From Macrostomum lignano (taxonomy: Eukaryota), in NCBI GenBank assembly GCA_002269645.1, contig NIVC01001401.1, positions 200,761 to 264,760 of the forward strand: a DNA stretch of 64,000 nt, written 5' to 3'. Both the position numbers and the translations under genes were made by a program. Under the pieces are notes generated by a model, which worked only from the letters and a program-made list of their open reading frames with translations, was not told where the DNA came from and did not search any database. Numbering within the stretch: position 1 is the stretch's first letter; each line of letters opens with the position of its first letter. Below are positions 37,401-46,796 of this stretch, piece after piece.

Positions 37401-39252
37401 GGGACTGTAGGGGGCGCTATCAGGGGACTGTAGGGGGCGCTGTCAGGGGACTGTAGGGGGCGCTGTCAGGGGACTGTAGGGGGCGCTGTTAGGGGACTGT
37501 AGGGGGCGCTATCAGGGGACTGTAGGGGGCGCTGTCAGGGGACTGTAGATGGCGCTGTCAGGGGACTGTAGGGGGCGCTGTTAGGGGACTGTAGATGGCG
37601 CTATCAGGGGACTGTAGGGGGCGCTGTCAGGGGACTGTAGGGGCGCTGTTAGGGGACAGTAGGGGGCGCTGTCAGGACCCTGTAGGGGGCGCTGTCAGGG
37701 GACTGCAGGGGGCGCTGTCAGGACCCTGTAGATGGCGCTGTCAGGACCCTGTAGGGGGCGCTGTCAGGGGACTGCAGGGGGCGCTGTCAGGGGGCGCTGT
37801 CAGGGGACTGCAGGGGGCGCTGTCAGGGGACTGCAGGGGGCGCTGTCAGGGGGCGCTGTCAGGGGACTGCAGGGGGCGCTGTCAGGGGACTGCAGGGGGC
37901 GCTGTCAGGGGACTGTAGGGGGCGCTGTCAGGGGACTGCAGGGGGCGCTGTCAGGGGGCGCTGTCAGGGGACTGCAGGGGGCGCTGTCAGGGGGCGCTGT
38001 CAGGGGACTGCAGGGGGCGCTGTCAGGGGACTGCAGGGGGCGCTGTCAGGGGACTGCAGGGGGCGCTGTCAGGGGACTGCAGGGGGCGCTGTCAGGGGAC
38101 TGCAGGGGGCGCTGTCAGGGGACTGCAGGGGGCGCTGTCAGGGGACTGCAGGGGACTGCAGGGGGCGCTGTCAGGGGACTGCAGGGGGCGCTGTCAGGGG
38201 ACTGCAGGGGGCGCTGTCAGGGGACTGCAGGGGGCGCTGTCAGGGGACTGCAGGGGGCGCTGTCAGGGGACTGCAGGGGACTGCAGGGGGCGCTGTCAGG
38301 GGACTGCAGGGGGCGCTGTCAGGGGACTGCAGGGGGCGCTGTCAGGGGACTGTAGGGGGCGCTGTCAGGGGACTGTAGGGGGCGCTGTCAGGGGACTGTA
38401 GGGGGCGCTGTCAGAGGATTCCACACGCGGCCATATTGATTTAGAATCGTGCACGGCAGTTATTAATTATACATTCAGTTTGCTGTTCGTGTGCCTGACG
38501 ACAGGAAAGTAAGCGCCGTTGTATCATGAGGTCAGTAGATGAGGCATAACAAATTAGCTGCTTGTGATTCACTCTAAGCATCCCCCTAACTGCTATTCGC
38601 AGGCAAGTTCAGCTTCTGGACCCAGCCGGAGAATCATTCAGCCAGCACTATTGTAGAATTCATTGAAAGCGCCGTGGAATATTCTAAGACTGAAAATTTT
38701 CATTATTTCGTATCGTCAAGCACGCCAGGCACTCAGCCTATCCGAGTGTCCATGCTGTACCCGCTGTCGCGCTTCTCTGTCATGACTTCCCTGCAGCACC
38801 TGTGTCGGTTTGAGATCCTAGCCAGGACTAGGCGGGACCACATTGACAGCCTGCCGCTGCCCAAATCTATGCGAGATTATCTGCAGGTTAAACAGTACTT
38901 TATTGAGGCTAAAGAGGACTTTCTGTTTGACGGGCCTCAACAGCTAGAACACCAGGAGCAGCAGCAGCAGCAGCAGCAACAACAACAACAACAACAACAA
39001 GATCTATTAATAGATATAGAACAACCATTAATCCAGCTTGATATAGAACCGCCACTACCGCAGCAACAACAGCAGCAGCTGCAGCCTCCACAGCTTCATC
39101 TTCTTGACCTACAACAACAACAACAACAAGCAGAACAGGCGGCAGATGACGAAGAGCGACCTTTAATATTGTTAGAGACTCCGGCCGATTCAGTTGAGAA
39201 CCCGCTGCTTGTACAGCTTGCTAATCAGCATGAAGAGCCGGGTAGCAACTAA
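31453..39252 (+). CDS. SOCS7: Suppressor of cytokine signaling, SOCS6/7-like (long low-complexity N-terminus, SH2, SOCS box, polyQ tail), 3 exons, ~740 aa
   Basis: Exons 31453-32856, 33683-33851 and 38603-39252 are phase-compatible. SH2: PWYFGPLSSSDAEEMLNNRPDGTFLVRDSAHDAYIVSLSFR. SOCS box: SLQHLCRFEIL...LPLPKSMRDYL. The start codon is uncertain. Confidence 0.88.
32919..33062. other. Inverted repeat (~31-bp arms, ~80-bp spacer) near the 5' end of SOCS intron 1
   Basis: CCTGTCAACTTAAGCTCATAAAGTGGAGCCCG versus CGGGGCCCCACTTTATGAGCTTAAGTGACAGG. Confidence 0.85.
33116..33575 (-). mobile_element. Second copy (inverted) of the 14293 hAT MITE, with expanded GA-rich core (~33165-33490)
   Basis: The reverse complement of 33495-33572 matches 14316-14395 (AAGCCTCTCT..GGCCCTCGGGTCCTTT.AAACTTCACAAT.GCAAT.CGGCCC..CTCAAGGTTTGT). 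Confidence 0.8.
33985..34460. repeat. 23-bp minisatellite (TATAGGTCGCTGTCAGGGGTCTG)n
   Basis: Tandem periodicity in SOCS intron 2. Confidence 0.95.
34458..35015. repeat. 23-bp minisatellite (GTCATGGTTCAGCAGAGTGTGCT)n
   Basis: Tandem periodicity, directly abutting the previous array. Confidence 0.95.
36680..38415. repeat. 23-bp G-rich minisatellite (GGGGACTGTAGGGGGCGCTGTCA)n with graded variants
   Basis: Tandem periodicity in SOCS intron 2. Confidence 0.96.
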
Positions 39253-40295
39253 ATTACAGTATTTTTTATATACCAATACAGTACGACACTGTCAAGGCAC
39301 ATGCGGTTGGCCTAAACATACTGGAAAATATATGGCTGCAAATTTCATCGTGTCGGAGTTTGGCACTATTATTTGGTGCAACAAAAAAGCGATTATTTGC
39401 TACTAAAATTAGTCTATATATTTATTATATATACACTGTTTTTTGGCTCTGTCCCCTATTCTATGCTTCACACCGTGTTTGTCATCAACTATTATTATTT
39501 AATAAATTTCTTACCCTAAAACTCTACAAAACAGCTTATCACCATTATTTTTGTCCAATTTTCATTTTATAACATCTAAGGCTATACTTACTACTGAATA
39601 GTGACCACGCTTATGAGTAGGCAGGTGTGCGCATTTGATTTCAACATGTTTCCTTCTAAATGCAGCTGTCTCTGCCTCTTCAGTCTTGTTCATATTATTT
39701 AATATATAAAGAAAGCACCGTCTTAATTGTTTGTAGCTTATTACTACTGAGTTCTGCGTGTTCGCGCTAAAATTAATGTTGTTTATTAAATTCAGCCAGC
39801 CGGCATTTCAGTATCTATCTCTCTCAATGATGTAATGCACAGAGTTGAATGTGCTGGATAAACATTTAAGAACAAAAATACCCTGCTATTTCTACTGTCA
39901 GTAGGACGCCGATTACTAATATTAACTATTATTAATACTTCGGGCTATTTAATGCTGTTGTTGCTTTCCTGACATTAACCAATGTGCTTGTCTGCTTCTC
40001 TGTTCTGCCCTGTTCTGTTCTGTGTTCATTGTAATTGATCAGTTTTCTACCTTATTTGTGTAATGAGCAGCTGCGCCAGTGTATGCATGTTGTTTATATA
40101 TTTTGCACATTGCCGCCATCTATTCACCAGCATTGTTTGGCCTATATTCCCAATCTTAAAGTCCCAATCTATGAATCCCAATCTATCAATCCCCATCTAT
40201 AAATCCCAATCTTAAAGTCCCAATCTATAAATCCCAATCTTAAAGTCCCAATTTATAAATCCCAATCTTAAAGTCCCAATCTATAAATCCCAATC

Positions 40296-43200
40296 TTAAA
40301 GTCCCAATCTCGAAAGTCCCAGAAGCCACTCGTGGATGGCCCGGCGCCAGTCTTTGCCTTCGGCTGTGGCGGCGTTGACGGCCTTGTTGAGGCTGCGGTT
40401 GAAGCGCTCTACTTCGCCATTCGCTGCCGGGTAGAGCGGGGTGACGCGGCGATGCTGAACTCCGAGGCCATCGAGAAACTCTCTGAACTCGTCACTCGTG
40501 AAATACGTGGCGTTGTCCGTGGTGATCTGCTGCGGCACACCAAAGCGGCTGAACGAGGCCATGGCGCAGGTGATGACGCTGGAGCTGGTGAGGCTTCGCA
40601 CCACGTAGACATCCGGGTACCGGCTGAAGTAGTCAACCAGCACGACAATGTTCTCGCCGGTCGGGAATGGCCCGCAGACATCCACGCTTAGCGATTGCCA
40701 AGGCCCCGACGGAAGAGGCGTCGGCTGCATCGGCGGCGGCTTGGTGGCCCCATCAGGCCGGGCCGCCTGGCACGGGCGGCAGCGGGAGACGACGGCTTCC
40801 ACCTGTTTGGTCATGCCGGGCCACCAGACCTTGCGTTGAAGTCGATCGCACGTTTTTTTCTGGCCCAGGTGACCCTGATGCGCCAGGCCGATGGTCAACT
40901 GCTGCAGTTCTGCTGGGATGACAATTCTACTGCCTCGGAGCAGCAGGCCTGCGTGGACGCTGAGTTCGTCTTTCAGAGACCGGAAGCTGTGCGCTGGCGC
41001 TGTCGCACCACAGCTCCAGTTCCCGGTTGCCAGCGCCTGCATGACGGCCGTCAGGGTCGGGTCCGACTCGGTTGCAGCCTGGACCTTGTCGACTGTCAGG
41101 CCCTTCGGCGTGGCTGCCTGGACAACAGCGTTGAGCAGTCGAGTCTCTGCGGCCTCGCCTTTGCCGGGCGATGCGCTCGGCAGCGGGTTGCGACTGAGGG
41201 GATCTGCCGGATTGTCCTCGCCCTTGCGGTAGTGCAGCGTAAACGAGAAGTGCTGGGTCTGCAGCACAATACGCTCGAGCCGGGGCGGCGGCCTAGAGTC
41301 CGCCCTGTAGATGCCGAGCAGCGGCTTGTGGTCAGTGTAGACATCAAAGTGCGGGCAGCCCTCAAGGTAGAACGCGAACTTCAGGCAACCGAACTTGACG
41401 CCCAGGGCCTCGCGCTCGATCTGACTGTACCGCCGCTCGACGTCGCTGAGGGTTCGGCTCGCGTAGGCCACCGGGCGAGTCAGGCCGCCGGAATGTCGCT
41501 GCTGCAGGATGGCGCCGACACCGACGGGCGATGCGTCGACCACCAGCTCAGTCGGCAGCTGCTTGTCAAAGAAGGCCAGAGTGGAGCTCTCGGAGATGCC
41601 GTCTTTGACGGCCTGGAAGGCCTGCTGCTGCTCGCTGTCCCAGACGAATTCCTGGCCCTTTCGTACCAGCCGCCTGAGGGGCTCCGCCTTGGCTGCCAAC
41701 TGCGGAATGAACTTCTCGAGGTGGTTTGCCAACCCCAGGAATGACCGGACCTCCTTGACCGACTGGGGGTCCTTGAAGGCCTGCAGCGCTGCGATCTTTT
41801 CTTCTGACGGCTGAATTCCATACTTCGACAGCGTCATGGCCATGAATTTGGCCTTGCTGATGCCCCAGTGGCACTTGCTGGCGTTCAGGGTGATGCCGTG
41901 CTCTCGCAGTCTAGCCAGACAGGCAGCCACGTGTGCCTGGTGAGACTCCAGGTCCTGACTGTGGATTATGATGTCATCGTGGATCCACTTTACGCCGGTC
42001 AGTCCCGCCAGCACTCGCTGCATTACGCGTTGGAGTATCTCCGAGGCAGAGGCAAAGCCCATGCTTAGGCGGGTCAGCCGACGCATTCCTCGGGGCGTAG
42101 AAAACACAAAGAACCTGCGGCTGTCCTCGCTGATCTCAATTTGATGAAACGCCTTGAAGATGTCGAGTTTGGAGAAGACCGTCGACCCCGCCATGTCGCT
42201 TGTGGCCTCTTCGAAGGTCGGGATCTGGTGCCGCTCCCTCAGTGCCGCTCTGTTTACGTCCCGAAGATCCTGTGTGATTCGCACACTCTTGCCGTCCTCC
42301 TTCGGCACCACGACGATGCGGCTGACCCACGGCGTTGGACCTTCGACGGGCTGGATGTTGCCGAGCTGCTCCTGCTCGTCTAGCTCGCGGTCCAGCGCCT
42401 CCCGGAGGTGCACTGGGACTCGAGATGGCGGGTGGCAGACAGGCCTGGCGTCGGACTTGATGTTAATCTGCACCGAGACGTCTTTGACCTTGCCAAGACC
42501 CTTGAAGAGCTCCGGAAATCGCTCGACCACAGCCCGGATAGCTGGATCATCCGTCTCGGAAGACGCAACTACGTTGACCTGGGGACCCAGGCTCAGAAGG
42601 CGCAGCAAGGTTGATGCCTCGCGCCCCAAGATGTTCGTGCCGTCGCCCGGGATGACAATGAAGCGGACCGCCTGGCTGTCCTGCCCGGCTGACACCTGCA
42701 GACTGCATGCTCCCAGGGTGCTGAGCGGTTTGGATGAGCGGTAGGCGAAGACTTTAGTACGATTCGGTTGCAGCCGCGGGGGTCCCGGCAGCGTGCGCCA
42801 GGCCCGCTCAGTGAGGATATTGCAGTCGGCGCCGCTGTCCACCAGAACCGGCAGCTGCGTTGAACCGACGAGCGCTGTTGTCTTGGCGCCGACTGCCGCA
42901 GTGCCGGTGGCTGCAACGGTCAGGCAAAAGACGCCATCCTCCACCTCTGAGCTATCGCTGTCGGCCTGCAAGACGCGGGCGTCTACCTTTAGTGCGGACA
43001 GGCAGGCTCTTGCCAGGTGGTTTCGTTTGCCGCAGCGGCGGCACGTCTTGCCTTCAGCTGCGTTGCATGTGCGGTGGCCCGGGGCTCCGCACCTGATGCA
43101 CTTGAGCTGCTTGCCGCCGGGGGACTGCGTGGTCTGTGGCTGTCGACGGTTGTTGGACGCCCCACTGGCCTCCTGCCGACGGAGCTGCTGCACGGACGCC

Positions 43201-43751
43201 TCGTTGGCCTCCATGACGCTCGCCTGGGCTTCCGCCGCCTCCATGGCCCTGGCCACCCGGAGCGCCTGCTTCAGGTCCACATTGTCCATTGCCAACAGTT
43301 TCCGGCGGAGCTGCTCGGAACTGCAGCCAGCGATCAGCTGGTCTCGAATCAGAGAGTCTCTGAGACCCTCGAAGCCACAGCAGTCGGCGGCTTCTTGGAG
43401 ACGCTGAAGCCACTCGTCCGTGGGCTCGCCAGACCGTTGCGTGCAGAGCCTGAATTGATAGCGAGTGAACGGTAGGTTCAGATTGCGGTTGAAATGCCTG
43501 TCCAAGGCGGCCACGAGCGTGTCGATATCTTTGCCCTCGGCCTCATCGGTGAGGCCCGCGGCGATCGTCTGCAGGTCCTCGCCGGCCGAATACAACAGCA
43601 GCTGCCGTAGTCTTTTCTTGTCGTCTATTCCAGAGGCGACGGCAAACAGTTGAAACTGGGCTGACCATTTTTTCCATTTTGTATGAGCTGCATTTGGGTC
43701 CGTGCGCAAGTCCAATTTGCTGGGGGTCTGTAAACTGACTTGCGACGCCAT
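40296..43751 (-). CDS. Gag-Pol polyprotein of the gypsy element; integrase C-terminus lost, and the ORF ends in satellite sequence
   Basis: Uninterrupted ORF from ATG GCG TCG CAA (43751). Domain motifs as listed for the element. Confidence 0.9.
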   Translation of the reverse strand: MASQVSLQTPSKLDLRTDPNAAHTKWKKWSAQFQLFAVASGIDDKKRLRQLLLYSAGEDLQTIAAGLTDEAEGKDIDTLVAALDRHFNRNLNLPFTRYQFRLCTQRSGEPTDEWLQRLQEAADCCGFEGLRDSLIRDQLIAGCSSEQLRRKLLAMDNVDLKQALRVARAMEAAEAQASVMEANEASVQQLRRQEASGASNNRRQPQTTQSPGGKQLKCIRCGAPGHRTCNAAEGKTCRRCGKRNHLARACLSALKVDARVLQADSDSSEVEDGVFCLTVAATGTAAVGAKTTALVGSTQLPVLVDSGADCNILTERAWRTLPGPPRLQPNRTKVFAYRSSKPLSTLGACSLQVSAGQDSQAVRFIVIPGDGTNILGREASTLLRLLSLGPQVNVVASSETDDPAIRAVVERFPELFKGLGKVKDVSVQINIKSDARPVCHPPSRVPVHLREALDRELDEQEQLGNIQPVEGPTPWVSRIVVVPKEDGKSVRITQDLRDVNRAALRERHQIPTFEEATSDMAGSTVFSKLDIFKAFHQIEISEDSRRFFVFSTPRGMRRLTRLSMGFASASEILQRVMQRVLAGLTGVKWIHDDIIIHSQDLESHQAHVAACLARLREHGITLNASKCHWGISKAKFMAMTLSKYGIQPSEEKIAALQAFKDPQSVKEVRSFLGLANHLEKFIPQLAAKAEPLRRLVRKGQEFVWDSEQQQAFQAVKDGISESSTLAFFDKQLPTELVVDASPVGVGAILQQRHSGGLTRPVAYASRTLSDVERRYSQIEREALGVKFGCLKFAFYLEGCPHFDVYTDHKPLLGIYRADSRPPPRLERIVLQTQHFSFTLHYRKGEDNPADPLSRNPLPSASPGKGEAAETRLLNAVVQAATPKGLTVDKVQAATESDPTLTAVMQALATGNWSCGATAPAHSFRSLKDELSVHAGLLLRGSRIVIPAELQQLTIGLAHQGHLGQKKTCDRLQRKVWWPGMTKQVEAVVSRCRPCQAARPDGATKPPPMQPTPLPSGPWQSLSVDVCGPFPTGENIVVLVDYFSRYPDVYVVRSLTSSSVITCAMASFSRFGVPQQITTDNATYFTSDEFREFLDGLGVQHRRVTPLYPAANGEVERFNRSLNKAVNAATAEGKDWRRAIHEWLLGLSRLGL

Positions 43752-43950
43752 TGTAGTGCGCTTGTGCGCGAAATATAAAGTGGTCTCGTGGACCATATAT
43801 TTGAGTTAATATATAGTCACTGCCGACGTGCGGCTACCACGTTATGCAATGGTTAAGGGGGGGGGTGGGGCAGAGCTAGCGCACGTTGGTCGAGAGAACT
43901 CAAGCTATAGTCACATACAAGCCTACAGGCGTAGAGGGGCGTACACTACA
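40317..43950 (-). mobile_element. Ty3/gypsy (Mag-like) LTR retrotransposon, 3'-truncated
   Basis: The 5' LTR (43752-43950, 199 bp) has TGTAGTG...CACTACA termini, followed by a PBS-like TGGCG. The single gag-pol ORF has the gypsy order: CCHC knuckles, protease LVDSGAD, RT (LDIFKAFHQ, IHDD), RNase H (LVVDAS, YSQIEREAL), integrase (HQGH..C, LSVDVCGP, TDNA, ANGEVERFNR). There is no 3' LTR. Confidence 0.95.
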
Positions 43951-45269
43951 AATCCCAATCTATGAATCCCAATCTATAAATCCCAATCTATGAATCCCAA
44001 TCTATAAATCCCAATCTTAAAGTCCTAATCTATAATCCCAATCTTGAAGTCCCAATCTATAATCCCTATCTTAAAGTCCCAATCTATAAATCCCAATCTT
44101 AAAGTCCCAATCTATAAATCCCAATCTTAAAGTCCCAATCTATAAATCCCAATCTTAAAGTCCCAATCTATAATCCCAATCTTAAAGTCCCAATCTATAA
44201 ATCCCTATCTTAAAGTCCCAATCTATAAATCCCAATCTTAAAGTCCCAATCTATAAATCCCAATCTATGAATCCCAATCCATGAATCCCCAATTTATAAA
44301 TCCCTATCTATGAATCCCAATCTATAAATCCCAATCTTAAAGTCCTAATCTATAATCACAATCTTAAAGTCCCAATCTATAATCACAATCTTAAAGTCCC
44401 AATCTATAAATCCCAATCTTAAAGTCCCAATCTATAAATCCCAATCTTAAAGTCCCAATCTATAAATCCCAATCTTTAAGTCCCAATCTATAATCCCAAT
44501 CTTAAAGTCCCAATCTATAAATCCCTATCTTAAAGTCCCAATCTATAAATCCCTATCTTAAAGTCCCAATCTATAAATCCCAATCTTAAAGTCCCAATCT
44601 ATAAATCCCAATCTTAAAGTCCCAATCTATAATCCCAATCTTAAAGTCCCAATCTATAAATCCCTATCTTAAAGTCCCAATCTATAAATCCCTATCTTAA
44701 AGTCCCAATCTATAAATCCCAATCTTAAAGTCCCAATCTATAAATCCCAATCTTAAAGTCCCAATCTCCAAACCTAAATCTGCAAACCCCAGTCTATAAA
44801 TCTGAGTTTTCCTGTCCCAATTCTCAACCGTCGCATTTCAGTCCATTAAATCATCAATATTGTATCCCAGCGCCCTAATAGGTCTCGATGCAAGGCAGGA
44901 TCTGCAGACAAGGGCACATAGCAAGTGTCAAAAAGCCAAGCCACAATTTCACTTGCCCTGGAAGCGCTGCATGCTGCCCTGGACTGTTTGATCCGTTCGT
45001 TGCGCGTGGCCAGTTCCACGCGCAGATCAATTGTCGAAACGCCCATGTGACTCTTGTTGTGTCCTGTTTTGCCGACGTATATATTTCTCTGAAAACAATA
45101 AATATACTTGGCCATTCAGCTGTGTCATGCTGATTTTTATGTCTTAAATGTGTATTTAATTACTAAAATACTCATATACATTTCACTGTTTCTGTGCTAA
45201 TCATTTAGCATTAAATGCGTCGCATTGAAAAAGCATTAAAACTCGCAAGTGTCTTACTAATAAGTAGCA

Positions 45270-46762
45270 AAAGCAGCAAAGTCGCTACAAATGCGATGCG
45301 AGACTTATATTTTGTCTGTGCTTTCTGCGGCCTTCGACTCTTATTGCGAATTCGTCTTTGGCGCTGCGGCTTCTGAGGTGTCGCAGCCTCTGCAGCCGGT
45401 ACACTGCAACCCGCGCCTCCAAGGAACCGTTGCTGCAAAGCGGCCCGGGTTTGCAACACTTTCTGCAAGATGCTGCTTTGCAAAAGAAGATGCAGCAATC
45501 GGATCTATCTAATCACTTTGGAAAGTCAGGTTAGCGTAGCTTGCTTTGTTTCTCTCACCGCCTCTGACCTCATTCCCTTCAGTACCAGCCTCATTCCCTT
45601 CAGTACCCGCCTCATTCCCTTCAGTACCCGCCTCATTCCCTTCAGTACCCGCCTCATTCCTTCAGTACCCGCCTCATTCCCTTCAGTACCAGCCTCATTC
45701 CCTTCAGTACCAGCCTCATTCCCTTCAGTACCCGCCTCATTCCCTTCAGTACCAGCCTCATTCCCTTCAGTACCCGCCTCATTCCCTTCAGTACCCGCCT
45801 CATTCCCTTCAGTACCAGCCTCATTCCCTTCAGTACCAGCCTCATTCCCTTCAGTACCAGCCTCATTCCCTTCAGTACCAGCCTCATTCCCTTCAGTACC
45901 CGCCACATTCCCCTCAGTTCTCGCCTCGTTCTCCTTAGTACCCGCCTCATTCCCTTTCAGTACCCCCTTCATTACCCTCAGTTCCAGCCTCATTCCCCTC
46001 AGTACCCGCCTCATTCCCCTCAGTACCCGCCTCATTCCCCTCAGTATTCATAGAGACTCGCGGCTGCCGGATGAACTTCGCCGACACGGAGGTTGTCATG
46101 TCGATTTTAACAAAGGCCGGCTACAGAATTGTGTCGTCCGGGCAAGAGGTAGGCAGCGTTGGGGTATTCATCACAATGCAATAGTAGCCTTTTCTACTTG
46201 CAGTAGTTAAGAGGGATATTTCCACTCCTATTTTTGCAGGCAAATATTTACTTAATAATGACTTGCGCTATTCGCGAAGGAGCCGAGAATAAAATTAGAA
46301 AAAAGTTGCACTGGCTGTCAAACCTGAAACAGCATCGGCCGCACACTGTGGGCGTATTAGGTAAGCTGCTTTATGATGTCACACCTGTGAGTAGGAGTAG
46401 TGATTGTTCACCAATATGTGTTCACACACCTGTGACTAGGCTTAGCGACTGTTCACCAATATGTGTTCACACACCTGTGACTAGGATTAGCGACTTCACA
46501 CACGTGACTAGGATTAGCGACTGTTCACCAATGTGTTCACACACCTGGGACTAGGAGTAGTGACTGTTCACCAATGTGTTCACACACCTGTGACTAGGAT
46601 TAGCGACTGTTCACCAATATGTGTTCACACCTGTGAGTAAGAGAGTAGTGACTGTTCACCAATATGTGTTCACACACATGTGACTAGGAGTAGTGACTGT
46701 TCACCAATGTGTGTTCACACCTGTGACTAAGAGAGTAGGGACTGTTCACCAATACGTGTATG

Positions 46763-46796
<34 letters not shown>

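Larger units (their letters stand above)
40146..44770. repeat. 28-bp satellite (AAAGTCCCAATCTATAAATCCCAATCTT)n, split into 40146-40320 and 43951-44770 by an LTR retrotransposon
   Basis: The same dimeric 14-bp unit is present on both sides of the element. Confidence 0.93.

Noticed and set aside
40332-43653. Plus-strand ORFs up to 349 aa overlapping the gypsy element
   Set aside because: Antisense shadows of a GC-rich coding sequence, with no recognisable motifs.
44846-45115. Minus-strand ORF with YIY..YVGKT resembling a GIY-YIG motif, possibly spliced to an exon near 40141
   Set aside because: The motif spacing is too short, the downstream Arg/His/Glu residues are not evident, and the putative next acceptor lacks a pyrimidine tract.
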